Shown: in pieces, positions 13,696-27,931 of the stretch
Position numbering within the stretch: position 1 is the first letter of the stretch
Layout: each line of letters begins with the position of its first letter
Assembly: GCA_951406725.2 (NCBI GenBank)
Contig: OX597827.1
Span: 29,202,001-29,266,000 of the forward strand
DNA: 64,000 nt
Direction: 5' to 3'
From: Octopus vulgaris
Lineage: Eukaryota
Notes under the pieces: generated by a model
Seen by the model: only the letters and a program-made list of their open reading frames with translations
Told to the model about the DNA's origin: nothing
Database searches by the model: none
Program-made: the position numbers and the translations under genes

Positions 13696-16271
13696 TGTGT
13701 GCCTGTTTATGTGTGTTTGTGTCTCTGTTCGACACCCCACCACAGCTTGACAACCGTCGTTGGTTTCAGTGATGTGATCACTTCATTCAACCGAAAGTTC
13801 TTCGAGGCGTTGCCCCAGCATGGCTGCAGATTGAAACAAACAAAAGATAAAAGATGAGAAACGTATCAAAACAAGTCTAATGTTTTAGAATGACCTTAAA
13901 CTCTTCAGAAACAGTTCTAATTCTAGTCAGGCCATTTCTAAACCACGATTACTGCTTATATCCTATTGGCCAGGGATCGTGTACGTTTAACTCTTATGTT
14001 TCCAAATTTCTGTTGAAGTACATTATTTTTTCTGCAATTTCTTCATAAAATAAAGAAGAATTTAGTAAAATAACTTAAATATGTTCAACAATGATCTGAA
14101 GCGTTTGAAGGAATATTTAGGGGCGATCAGATTTTGCTAAATTCCCTAGTTTTTATGCCAGAGTTCCTCAACCTTTTTTAATATCCTGGACATTTTTGCA
14201 CCAAAAAAAGGGAAAATATAAGTCAATTAAAGAAAGATTTATTATATTTATGCGCGGAAGACCGTCGAGAATCATGGGAAGGACGTTTGAGGGCCAGAGG
14301 TGAACCCGGGGGCAGCAGTTAACAACTGCTGTTTTATACTCTTCTTTGGTTAGTTGTAGAATATTCTCTTTCCTTATATACTGAATGAATGTGGTTACTA
14401 TAGGACAAATATCAGGCACGTCTTTCTGGTTTGCCAGTACATACACACATGCTTACATGCATGCATGCATACATACATACCCTGTTGTTGATGTTGAAAT
14501 TCCTGTGAAGGAGCCTTGAATCTAGGTTAGAAACCGGTTCTTTCTCCATTGGTAAGAAATCTTGAAATAAAACTGAACAGTGACATACCTACATACATAT
14601 ATACATACATCATACATGCATGCATGCACGCATATATATATATATATATATATTCTTATATTTGTTTCAGTCATTTGCCAAACCGCTAAGTTACCAGGAC
14701 GTAAACACACCAGCCTCGGTTGTCAAATGATGTTGGGGACAAATACAGACACACACACACACAACCACACACACACATACTCACACACATACACACACAC
14801 ATATATATATACATATACGACAAGCTTCTTTCAGTTTCCGCCTACCAAATCCACTCACAAGGATTTGGTCGTCCCGAGGCTATAGTAGAAGACTCGTGAC
14901 CGCGTAAGGCCTTTTCAGTGAGTCCATACACCTGTAGCGAGAGTCCAAGAACTTCCTCTGCTTGAATTTGTTTTGAGTACATAAAATGCTGTACAGCATT
15001 GTACCCATTGTTCAGTGCAATTATCTACAAAAGCGAGTAGCATAATAAGGATTGTGTTGATCAGAAACCAACTGGAGTTCAGGGTTCTTTTATACGAGTT
15101 TAACGTCTTGAAGGAAGATCTAACGAGAACTAGTGGTTCTTCACTCCCAGTGGTTCATACTAGCTAACCCATAACTGGTAGCCAAATAGGTGCTGCTACT
15201 CCGAGTCAGAATAGGACGAGTAACAATATACATGTACATATATAGGAACGTATGTATGAAATGTATGTATGTCATTTTTCAGTTTTATTTCAAGATTTCT
15301 TGCCATTTGAGAAAGAACCGGTTTCTAACCTAGATTCAAGGCCCCTTCATTGGAATTTCAACATCAAAAACAGGGTATTTTTGTTTGTATATATGTATGC
15401 ATGCATATATGTATGTATGTATGCATGTATGTATGCATGTATGTATGCATGTATGTATGCTTGTATGTATGCATGTATGTATGTATGTATGTATGTATGT
15501 TTGTATGTATATGTATGTATATGTGCAGATTTGTGTGTTTTGCTTTATGTATGTATCCTCATGCATATAGTTGCATATCTAAACATGCTCATATATATTT
15601 AAATGATAAACTTCTGGAAAGTTTTACAGATTTTTACAGTTCCAGTGATGGATTGGATCTGTGGTCTTCGAATTAACTTTCTTCTTTCTGGTTTTGAGAA
15701 GCCTAACTTCTCAAGATTGGTATTTAGGCAGAGTGACGTATGCATGTATGCATGTATGTATGTATGTATGTATGTATGTATGTATGTATGTATGTATGTA
15801 TGTATGTATGTATGTATGTATGTATGTATGTATGTATGTATGTAGTTGTATGCATTTATATATTGAATTATATGTTAATAATGTATATATCAGTTGTTAC
15901 TATTTTTTAGCCCCAGGTCAGATTTTGTTAAGCAATGCTGTGATTAAAAGCACTACATCCATGATCATTACTTCTGTTAGAAGCAGTTATCTTTCTGTAC
16001 ACCATTCATCTTGTCTCCTTTTTAAAAACTGTAATCTTTTTGTATGAGAGAAATTTGATAAGAAACTGTGAAGAGTTTTTCATCGGCTCATAAGATATAT
16101 CTGTCTGTCTGTCTGTATATATGTGTGTATATATGTGTGAATGTGTGTGTTTGTATGCATACGTTTGTATGTGTGTGTATGCATATATGTAAGTATGTAT
16201 GTATAAAGAGAGAGAGAGAGAGAGAGAGAGAGAAAGTGAGCGAGGGAGAGAAAGAGAAGAATAGAGAGAGG

Positions 16272-16357
<86 letters not shown>

Positions 16358-17036
16358 AAGATCGATAGATAGAAATGTGTAAGTATATTGAAGTATATAG
16401 ATATATGCATGTGTGCGTGTGTGTTCGTGTATGTCTGTTGAGACTAAATCACTATGAAACTGCGATGTATGCATGAATCTGTTAACTTTGAAAGAGAAAA
16501 CTACGAAGAGGAAAGATATTTGTTCACTTTTAACGGGGCAAAAGTAGCGCACACAGAAACAGGATATGAAGAGATGCTAAAAACAACGGGGGCAAGCTAC
16601 AAAAAACTCGTCTTCATTCCACGTATCATATAGAAACGAGCAGTGAAGTGGTACAGTGCCTGAAGTTTCATACATACATACATTATTGATTTAAGTATGT
16701 TTCTCCATTCTCTAATTTTGTAGTATTAATTTACGGTAATATTATTACCTTTACCCATATAATACATTAGATGAACTGATTGTTTGACAATTTTTAACAT
16801 CTATGTATTAATCTTGTTGGGTACCTATCTGACAGTATATTGGATATATATTATCCCATGGTGGGTTGAATTTTCAACCCCTATCTCATTTTATAACCTA
16901 AATTTATCTTTTGAGGAACCTGAATTGCTCATACTGGTGTAATAGAAGCATCCATTTATTGATTTAAATATTAATAGTGCATGTGAATACACCCTAGTGT
17001 AGTATATTTGTTCCTTTGATCATTACTGCTAGAAGA

Positions 17037-19880
17037 ATGGAGAAAATACTGATCAATTCATCAATGAAGGATGTACCTATCCCTACCAAAGACCATTACA
17101 CTAAAGAACTAATTTATAGAATTAATGAATTCATCCACAGGATCAGATGGAGGATTTTCCACCATGAGAACTATAATAAAAAAATAAACCAACAACACAC
17201 TGGGGAAACGATCCGTAATGGAATTGGAAGTACCTATGAAGAAATATTAAAACTAACAGGCACTACATTTAAATCTAGGAAGTCTCCTCCACCAAATATA
17301 CACCTAGACAATTTTGAACAAGAACTATGGGAGACTATAAAAAACATAAAATTTAGAAATCATCCTTTAAGATATAACCCGCATCAAAGGGAATTGAAAG
17401 ATTTAATTAGAACTCTCAAAGGTAAGAGCGGCATTCTAACACATTCTGACAAAACCAGCAACATCTATAATATTGACATTCCTGCATATCATGATCTTCT
17501 ACACAAAGAAATAACCAAGAAATACAAAGTAGTACCTTCTAGTACACTTAGAAAACTGAACCTGGAGATCAGAGAAACCATATTTGACTACTACCTAGAA
17601 GAAAAAACGGAACCCTACACCCCATCTAGACCGAGAATTACACTAAAGGATCATAAAGAGAATTTTCTTGGAAACACACAGGTCAGATTAATTTGCCCCA
17701 CTAAATCTGACTTAGGCAGACTAAGCAAACTCATTCTAGACAAATATCTACCCACCATCCGCAATAAAATCAAACTAAACCTTTGGAAGAATACTCAGGG
17801 AGCTTTGGATTGGTTTTCTGCCATTAAGGTCTGTGACAGTAACAACTTTAGCTATAATAGAAATAAATTTATCCAATTGGATATACAGAATTATTACACT
17901 TCCATTAACCCTATTATATTAAATAAGTCCTTAATTTTTGCTAGAAAACACACTAAATTAAGTATGGGGGAGATTAAGGTTATACTAACAGCCAGGAAAA
18001 CTTTAATAGAGTTTGATAACAAACTTTGGGCTAGAAAGGACACACCCAACTTGTTCGATATCACAATGGGATCGCCGGACTCGGCGGAGGTGACTGATCT
18101 AGTTGGGATGTATCTACTAGATAACTTTAGTAGGGAATTCCCTGAACTAAAAGGTGGATTATACAGGGATGACGCCTTATTTTGTGTTAAGAATACATCA
18201 AATAGGAGATTAGATCTTCTGAAAAAAAGAATAAATAAATTTTTTAAAAGTTTCGGCCTATCCATTATCATTGAAAGTGAAAATTATTCTGCTAATTATT
18301 TAGATGTTAATTGTAACATTACTAATGGTTTACATGAACCCTATATTAAACCTAATTCTAACCTAATATATATTAACCGTTCAAGTAATCACCCCCTCAA
18401 ATTAAAAATGCACTAGTGCGTAGCATTAGTCAGAGAATTTCTAGTTTATCCTCTAACGAGGAAATTTTTAACAAGCATTGTGATAGATACAATGCAGCAT
18501 TGCTTAAGGCAGGATACAAAAGTAAGATATGGTTTATACCTAAGGGGAACCCTCCTAATGGAGGTAGAACTATCAGGAACAACACCAATAGATTTAGGAT
18601 AAACAACAATATACATAAGAATAGTAAAAATAGAATATATGATAACACCTATAATAAATGTAGAAGTGATGTTAATCTCGGAAAGGTGAACGGTAGCTCA
18701 AATAGATCTGAGCATACGGGTAATAGTAGTAATATTAATAATAATATACAAGTTAAAACTTATGGTAGACATGGTAATGGTAAAGTATACTTGCGCAATA
18801 ACCATGGGAATATTGATATAGATAGATATAACAATGACAGTGGTAAGAATAGTAATCCTATGGGTTGGTCTAGGAATAGTATTTTTACAAATAACAATAA
18901 TTCTATAGGCAATCCTAATTCTGATAAGGATACATTATGGTTGATTATCCCATATGCAATGCAGATTAAAACAAACATAGTGAGAGCTTTGCATAATGTT
19001 ATATTTAGGCATTTTGGTAAGGATAAGAATAAATTTAGTCCTTTAATTAACAATGGTACTGTTAGAGTGGGATATAGCATTACTCATAATCTAGCCACCA
19101 TTATCTCCTCTTTTAATAACAGGAAACTGGATCACTTCTATAAGGATAGAAAATTGAATTTAGACCATGGAAATTTGCCCCTCTTTTAATAATAATAGGA
19201 ACAGAAACTTTCTTGGAACGAATGTGAACAACCCCCTTACTAATAATGAGTGCACCGTACCTGTCAGAGATAATATAAATGTAATAGATCATACTACTAC
19301 TACCATTACTAGTACTAGTGATAGGAATATAGCCGATAATGTGAAATTAACTCATTCGTTGATTTTGGGTTTGGATGATGATAACAATTGTAACACTTAT
19401 AATGTGAATGGTAGTATAGGGGTGGAGACCAATCTTAGATTTCCTCATTCTGTTAATCTTTGTAATTTCAGAAACAAAAATAAATGTGTATTTGGTAATC
19501 AATGCCTCAGGAAGGAGGTAGTTTACCAATGCACTGTAGATACACAATTGAGTAGTAGGGTGTATATCGGAGCAACTATGAATAGCATAAAACAAAGATT
19601 GAATTATCACAGATATACTTTTAGAAATAAAAATAGAATGTACTCTACATGGCTTAGTGCATATATTTGGGAACTTAAAAGTAAGAACTTGGACTTTAGA
19701 TTAAACTGGAAAATACTAACTTCAGCACCTGTGTATAATGGAAAAAATAAAAAATGCTCTCTATGTATTAATGAAATTTTTTTCATTATTAAAGCGGGTC
19801 GGCAAATTATTAACAACATTAATGAAAAAAACTTCTTTTGCATTCATAGGCTACCGTTCACCTTTTCTAGATTCAAATAG
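17037..19880 (+). pseudogene. PLE polyprotein (RT + Asn-rich linker + GIY-YIG endonuclease), broken by two frameshifts (~18395, ~19185)
   Basis: RT motifs SMKDVPIP, SDKT, TLKDHK, LDIQNYY, FDITMGSPDSAE, GLYRDD and YINRSSNHP. Endonuclease VVYQC...VYIGAT...KQRLNYH with CSLC...CIH. Confidence 0.93.
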
Positions 19881-21573
19881 AACTTAGCACTTCCACTATT
19901 ATTAATTTTTTAACTCCCTTCTTTAACTAACTATACCTGTGGTCTTCTATAATTCTAAAGTATACAACTTATAAATTTATAATTTTATAATTTTTATAGC
20001 TACATTTGTATAATAATAATAGATGTGTCTAGTATTATTTGTTTCTTGTTTTTGTATGTGGGTTTTTGTTTGTTTTTTAAGGGAAATGCAATATGACAGG
20101 AAATAACATATTCATTTTGGTATTTGCCTTGTAATATGTGATTTTTGAAGTTTTCTAATATTGCATAGTATATTGCATAGTATATATGTATATCTTGGTT
20201 AGATACCTAGCTCTAGATAATGTAATGTTATTGTATAATATGTAATATAGGAGAGCCTTTTATGAGTTTGGTGTGTTTAGGTTGAGAATATAGGTTTTTT
20301 GTATGTGTTTATTTAGAAGGTTTTTATTGTATATTTGGTCTTTCTTTGAACTCACCTTAATTTGTATCTTATGCTATTTACTAATAAACCTTTTTCATTT
20401 TTTCATTTTTTTCATTTTTTCATTTACATACATTTGGCTTTATAAATATTACCAGCCTTATATATTTAGTTTATATCTATAGTCATCTGGATCTGTACTT
20501 TAAATTATCCTTCCATACATATTACCTTCAACAATATAACATATATATTCACTTTATTTATTTTTTATTTTATTGTAATGTTATCAATCTCTGCATTTAG
20601 TCTTCTAATTATTTATTTATTTGCCTATTTAAGTGTGGATGTTTACATACATATCAAGTCATCTAATTTGTTATCTATTTATTTTTTACTTATTTACTTA
20701 TACTAGGGTAGTTTTATACATACATATCTATCATTTATTTTTATTTAAATTTTAATAATATATGTATACATATATACTGGTTTGTACTTATAATATGTGT
20801 ATAACCGTATTTATTCCTTCGTGTTTATTCCTTCTTATTTATTTTATCGCATTTTATCTTAAGTATTTATAATATAAATTTTTTTAAAATTTCTGTGATG
20901 TTCTCATAAGCGTTTACATTAGTACTTCCCCTTCTATTTTTTAATACCTAAACTGGTATATTATGGCATTAAATTTATTAAGTAAATATGTGATTTATTT
21001 ATAATATATAAATTAATATATATTTTATATTTTTTATTTTATATTTTAGCGTACTTGGAATCATAACAAACTTACGATAAATCTAACAACCGTATGTTTA
21101 CTATGCAACAAACCGGTGTTATAAATTTTAAGTTACCCATGAAATAATTATCTGACTTAGTAACATACTGATATTTAAAAATATATTTATATCTAAATTA
21201 AATATTTTATGAAAGGCATGGATGGTTCTTTTTCGGTATTTGAGGCACAGTTATAATTTTGTAGGACTAAATGGTAGCATAGTTGCTTCCCTTTTTGTTT
21301 ATCTATGTGCTAGTTGTTGCTTGTGATTATGTATGCGTATAAGTGTATGTATATACATATAACTATGTGTGTATGTGCGATTGATCTGTAGATGCGTGTG
21401 TGAATATTGGCGTTCCTTGACTAACCAACCGTATAATTTTCTTTTGTGATTTAAATTTCAAACCAATAGCCAATCGATTTAATCTAAATTTTCTTTACCT
21501 AGTGGTCAGCATTTCTAAACTCATAGTTATTTCGTTCTTGAAAGGATGGACTTTGTACAAACTTAACTGTATC

Positions 21574-21649
<76 letters not shown>

Positions 21650-21984
21650 ATTAATAGTAATTTTTATTAACTTTTATAGCTTTAGAATTTTATGAACTGA
21701 ACCATGGTTTTAATTATTATTTTTCATCTCCCTATGTGTTAGGTTTTAAAAATATTAGCCAAATATGTATAATATCGGTACTTATTAATATTAATATATA
21801 CACTGATATATATTTTGTTTTATTTTGTTCTGTTTACCTTCCTTTATTGTACCAATGTGTATTATATTATATAAGTGTAGCATTATGATGTATAAGTTTT
21901 TATATTTTACATTTTTATATTTTTATATTTATATGTATATGATTATATAATATTTTTCAAAATTATAATAAATTTAATTTAATT

Positions 21985-22092
21985 CTCTGAAGAGGCCGTG
22001 GGGCATCCTTGTTAATGCCTCATTTATACCTGCCTTTATGGCTTATAGGTTAAATGAGGTATGACTGCCCTCACTGCCGAAACAGCTGTCAG
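21985..22092 (+). ncRNA. Type I hammerhead ribozyme in PLE pLTR
   Basis: CTGAAGA(21987-93) GGC...GCC GAAAC AGCT GTC(22088-90). Stem II is ~85 nt with nested hairpins. Confidence 0.78.
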
Positions 22093-22449
22093 TTTTGATT
22101 AATTGCATATTATATTTTTTACTTATATCTCTTTATCTTTTTACTATTAATGTATATCTCTTTTTGTATAATGCCTCTACTCATATGTAATGGTGTATTA
22201 AAGTATTGATTGGGTATCATCGGATAGTTGATGTTTTATTGATTTAAGTATGTTTCTCCATTCTCTAATTTTGTAGTATTAATTTACGGTAATATTATTA
22301 CCTTTACCCATATAATACATTAGATGAACTGATTGTTTGACAATTTTTAACATCTATGTATTAATCTTGTTGGGTACCTATCTGGCAGTATATTGGATAT
22401 ATATTATCCCATGGTGGGTTGAATTTTCAACCCCTATCTCATTTTATAA

Positions 22450-22526
<77 letters not shown>

Positions 22527-22928
22527 ATTTATATCTATGTATAGATAATAAGAGTGAAAAATTGAATATTAATTTGATCACTATCAATTTAAGACCAGTA
22601 GCCTAGCATAAAGAAAAATCCGAAGATTGAGGAATATTATACAATATGTATATAAGAGGGATGACCACTAAGTGGACATCCATTATGCTAAATGTAGACC
22701 CTATATGGTCTGACCACTAAGAAAAGATTGTTCTCAAGAAAATTCAGCAAATGCCAGATCCTAAGCGAGCAAGACAAATGAAAAGATACAAAATATAAAA
22801 TATAAAGAGAACAATCTTGTCTTAGTGGTCAGACCATATGGGGTCTACATCTAGCATAATGGATGTCCACTTGGTGCTCATATATATGTATATATAATAT
22901 ATATATATATATGTATATATAATACATA

Positions 22929-23052
<124 letters not shown>

Positions 23053-23054
23053 TC

Positions 23055-23335
23055 GGAGACCCCCTTCGGTCACGACACAGACCATGGGATTGCACCTAGA
23101 AAGTTACTCTCCTAGACACAAGTCCGGGCGAGGTTGTTTATGGAAGACTAGCTGTCGCCCATGCATACCAGCCTCCCCTCTCCACGCCATCAGTGTTATC
23201 CAAGGGAAAGACAAAGGTCGATACAGCTTGGCACCAGAGACGTCGCAACTCATTTCTACAGCTGAGTGAACTAGAGCAACGGTCCGGGATTTGAGCTCAC
23301 AACCTCTCGATCGTAAGCTCGACGCTCTAAACACT
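23055..23335 (-). mobile_element. SINE (second copy at 29290-29620)
   Basis: The two copies share ACCATGGGATTGCACCTAGAAAGTT...GACGTCGCAACTCATTTC, with a tRNA-like head on the minus strand. Confidence 0.7.
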
Positions 23336-23466
23336 GTATATATGTATTATATTATATATATATATATAATATATATATATATATATGTATGTATGTATAT
23401 ATGTATATACATGTATGTGTGTATGTATGTATGTATGTATGTATGTATGTACGCATGTATGTATAG

Positions 23467-23883
23467 GCGCAGGAATGGCTGTGTGGTAAGTAGTTTGTTT
23501 ACCAACCATGGTTCCGGGTTCAGTCCCACTGCGTGGCAACTTGGGCAAGCGTCTTGTACTTTAGCATCGGGCCGACCAAAGCCTTGTGAGTGGATTTGGT
23601 AGACAGAAACTGAAAGAGGCCCATCGTATATATGTATATATATATATGCATGTGTGTGTATATATGTTTGTGTGTCTGTGTTTGTCCCCCAACATGCTTG
23701 ACAACCGATGCTGGTGTGTTTATGTCCCCGTAACTTAACGGTTCGGCAAAAGAGAAAGACAGAATAAGTACTAGGCTTACAAAGAATAAGTCCTCGGGTC
23801 GATTTGCTCGACTAAAGGCGGTGCTCCAGTATGGCCGCAGTCAAATGACTGAAACAAGTAAATGAGTAAAATAGTAAAAGAGT
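23467..23883 (+). mobile_element. Abundant SINE (full copy)
   Basis: GGCGCAGGAATGGCTGTGTGGTAAG...CCGGGTTCAGTCCC head; same body as 8405-8852. Confidence 0.85.
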
Positions 23884-24570
23884 CTGTCTGTCTGTATGTA
23901 TGTATGTATGTATGTATGTATAAATATGTATGTATATATACATATACATATATGTGACTGAAATCAGGGATGTCTTGTGGGCCTTATACGTTGATGAGAG
24001 AAATACATAAAGTCAAACACTATTGTGTTTGACTTTGATGATATCTTGCGAGCGGAAAAATGGTCTTCAAATTTTATATTCCTTCATAACTGATGACTTT
24101 ACGGACTTACTGAACTGTTCCGGTTTCCATACCAACAAGTTTCTTCGTTAATACTTATTTAACAACGCACAATTGACTATACTGGAAATGATCAACGATT
24201 CCTGATCAGAATTCCTGACACAAGACGTCAGTTAATCCCTCGTAATGCTGTCTGTCTAATCCAACAGCTTATATTCACAACACCGACAAGTTGAAGTAAT
24301 AAAAATCGCTGGCAGTAAATATGTGGCATTTATAATGACTAACCAGGCCGTCCTTTACATGTGGACAGAGCACATTATATAACCCTGACCTCGACTGCCT
24401 GCTCGTTTAACCGTCAGAGAGAAACACGCGCCCCCAAGAATTACGCATAAAAACGCGTGTGACATATTATTTATTGCCCGTTGCGGACATAACTGACTTC
24501 ATTAAGAAATCTGGCTGGTGGATCGGTATCGATTTTTCAAACTTTGAACGTAGGATGACGGTGGAGTAGA

Positions 24571-24624
24571 GATGATGATGATGATGATGATGATGATGGT
24601 AGTGGTGGTGGTGGTGGTGATCAG

Positions 24625-24657
<33 letters not shown>

Positions 24658-25251
24658 GATGATGATGATGGTGATTACGGTAAGGAGGAGGAAGAGGAGA
24701 GGGATTGTGAGGAGGTGGGGGGATAGTGAGGAAGAAAGGGAGGGGGAGGGGAGAGGGGAGAAAGATGGTGGTGCTGTTGGTAGTTATGACGATGATTATG
24801 ATGGACGAAAGGAGGAAGAGGAGGATGACGGTGATTACGATGATGACAAGGGTGATGCTGATGATTATTATAATGAGGAGGTGGAAACGGTGGCGATGGG
24901 GATGCTGGAGGTGGTGATGTACTGGTAGTGGTAACGATGATTATCTAGAGGAGGAGAAGGAGTAAGAGAGGATGACAACGACGACGACGGCGATAATAAC
25001 GATGAGGATGATGATGATGATGATTACGATGTTGAAGACGATACTGCTGATGATGATGATGCGGCTTCTACTGCTGCTGTTGATGGCGATGAGGATGACG
25101 ATGGCGAATGGTGATGATGTTGATGATGGCGATGATGATGATGATGGTGATGGTGACGATGTTACGGTTGCTGCTCTTGCTGTTGCTCATGATGATGTCG
25201 AGAACGATGATGAGGAGGCGGACAGTGATGATGATCATGATCATAATCGTG

Positions 25252-25318
<67 letters not shown>

Positions 25319-25340
25319 CAACAACAACAACAATAATAGA
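24571..25340. repeat. Compound trinucleotide microsatellite (GAT/GGT/GAG/AAT/AAC)n
   Basis: Directly visible degenerate triplet repeats. Confidence 0.9.
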
Positions 25341-26058
25341 CAACTGCAATAATATATCTGCAGAAACATATGCAATTTGTAAATGTGAAAAAGCATGATT
25401 GCATGATTCCGAAATTGAATAGAAATTGCCCTCTGACAAATACCGGCAGCGAAATTATAGGAATAAACAATTACTATTATATTGTATTCTGTGAGATAAC
25501 AGCAAAAGATGGCGAAGCAGAAGAGGAAGGAGCAGAAGAAACGAAATCGTTCATTTTTTTCTTTTTTTGATCTTTTTCTTTTTATTTTTGCTGATCTTGT
25601 CCTTGCAAGTTGAACATTACAGCAACTCCATCCTTCCATACCAGAGAGGACATCTTTAACGATTGACCACATCTGTTGCTGAGATGTTATAATTTTCACT
25701 TTATTGCCCATGTAGAACAGCCTTACAATCTTCCAATCATATCTTCGTTCGCTTCTGGTCAACTTTGACGTTTTGCACCTTTCAACTAATTCCACATTGC
25801 CAACCAATTACATTCATTTTACAATAACATCTCTCACCTCTCTTCTCTTCACTTCTCTCTCTCCCCCCCTCATTCTCTATCTTTCTCTCACTCACTCACT
25901 TTCTCCCGCATGGAAAAGGATAGATGTGTATATATGTATACACATTTATGCGTGTGTATACATATTTATATATAAAAACCTATACATCATATGAGTATAC
26001 ATATATATATATGTGTGTGTGTGTGTTTGTCTGTCTGTCTATATACATACATACAATT

Positions 26059-26114
<56 letters not shown>

Positions 26115-26116
<2 letters not shown>

Positions 26117-26640
26117 CGGTAGCAAAAAATTCTAGAAAAAATTTCTGCTACCAGCGGTCCAGCGAGAAAGAAAAGATAGTCAAAGACTATATAATATACA
26201 TTCAAAAATATAAGGAATGGCCATAATAGGACATTCAACTCACTAGAAAGAGCAGCCAAACTCGAACCGCTAATAGAATTTTTTGCTACCCTTATATTTA
26301 TTAATTAATGATTTTTTTGGCTAATTTTGAAATTAAATCAGCAGTTTATATTTACTGCTGAGAAGACCGTGCGATTGCGGTAGATTTTGAAAATTTATAG
26401 CATATAGACTGTGGACTTCCTTACCATCGCCTCGTGGATATATACTCGTCCTTGGCTACTCTGCTGACGAGGCACGCCAGTTGTAAGTTTGCCGAAACTA
26501 TGCATAGTCCAGAGATGAAAAGGGTAAACGTTTTTCTTTTTCTTTCATTTTCAGAATTATAGCTATTAGCGGTTTGAGTTTGGCTGCTCTTTCTAGTGAG
26601 TCGAATGTCCTATTATGGCCAATTCCTTATATTCTTGAAT
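26115..26640 (+). mobile_element. Non-coding hammerhead-bearing element with ~77-bp inverted repeats
   Basis: 26201-26276 is the reverse complement of 26563-26640. HHR at 26459-26514. Flanked by (AT)n. Confidence 0.8.
26459..26514 (+). ncRNA. Type I hammerhead ribozyme
   Basis: CTCTG-CTGACGA-GGCA...TGCC-GAAAC-TATGCATA-GTC^-CAGAG. Stem III is the palindrome ACTATGCATAGT. Confidence 0.93.
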
Positions 26641-26755
26641 ATATATATATATATATACAATTAAGGGCTCCTAAATTAAGATGCCGAGTGCTGGGAACAC
26701 AAAAAGGGGATGAATTTATCGAGAGTGAAAATCAAAAACGTTTACCGATAACTTT

Positions 26756-26839
26756 AACAACTCGAACCGCACGGTTTCTACTTCTTTCTAGCAAAACACA
26801 GAATATGTTTGCTAAGGCTAGCTTCGTCAGCGAGTCGCC
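26756..26839 (-). ncRNA. Type I hammerhead (456-bp unit; also at 27212-27295 minus)
   Basis: Reverse complement of the motif at 28388-28471. Confidence 0.78.
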
Positions 26840-27931
26840 TAGATTGAATCGAGGTCTGCAGCGATGTGGGACCATGTGTTGATCTCGACTACTAGCAGAT
26901 CTTAACTTTTCAAATCTCTGCGCAGACGCAAAACTTACACGTCAGTATAGGGCATGCCGGGAAGAATTTTACGAATAAATCCATCATGTAATATGCGAAT
27001 ATAAACAAGAAGGGTAGTAATATTATTTACCACCAGGTGCCCAGCACAAAAGACGAATTAGTCATAAGACAAAAATATTATTCATATAGAAAAATATTAT
27101 TCATGTAGTTATACAATTAAGGGCTCCTAAATTAAGATGCCGAGTGCTGGGAACACAAAAAGGGGATGAATTTATCGAGAGTGAAAATCAAAAACGTTTA
27201 CCGATAACTTTAACAACTCGAACCACACGGTTTCTGCTTCTTTCTAGCAAAACACAGAATATGTTTGCTAAGGCTAGCTTCGTCAGCGAGTCGCCTAGAT
27301 TGAATCGAGGTCTGCAGCGATGTGGGACCATGTGTTGATCTCGACTACTAGCAGATCTTAACTTTTCAAATCTCTGCGCAGACGCAAAACTTACACGGCA
27401 GTATAGGGCATGCCGGGAAGAATTTTACGAATAAATCCATCATGTAATATGCGAATATAAACAAGAAGGGTAGTAATATTATTTACCACCAGGTGCCCAG
27501 CACAAAAGACGAATTAGTCATAAGACAAAAATATTATTCATATAGAAAAATATTATTCATGTAGTTATACAATTAAGGGCTCCTAAATTAAGATGCCGAG
27601 TGCTGGGAACACAAAAAGGGGATGAATTTATCGAGAGTGAAAATCAAAAACGTTTACCGATAACTTTAACAACTCGAAAGGCACGGTTTCTGTTTCTTTC
27701 TAGCAAAACACAGAATATGTTTTGTGCTGGGCACCTGGTGGTAAATAATATTACTACCCTTCTTGTTTATATTCGCATATTACATGATGGATTTATTCGT
27801 AAAATTCTTCCCGGCATGCCCTATACTGCCGTGTAAGTTTTGCGTCTGCGCAGAGATTTGAAAAGTTAAGATCTGCTAGTAGTCGAGATCAACACATGGT
27901 CCCACGTCGCTGCAGACCTCGATTCAATCTA

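Larger units (their letters stand above)
16683..22453 (+). mobile_element. Near full-length Penelope-like element (Naiad-type), 5553-bp unit with 218-bp terminal direct repeat
   Basis: Direct repeat 16683-16900 = 22236-22453. Contains an RT+GIY-YIG ORF, a long AT-rich 3' UTR and a hammerhead at 21985-22092. Ends in (AT)n. Confidence 0.93.

Noticed and set aside
24572-25470. Poly-Met/Val/Asp/Asn ORFs
   Set aside because: Translation of trinucleotide microsatellites, open in several frames and on both strands.
26355-26400. CTGAGAA-GACCGT...GCGGT...GAAAA second hammerhead candidate
   Set aside because: The core deviates from CUGAnGA, and stems I and III cannot be formed.
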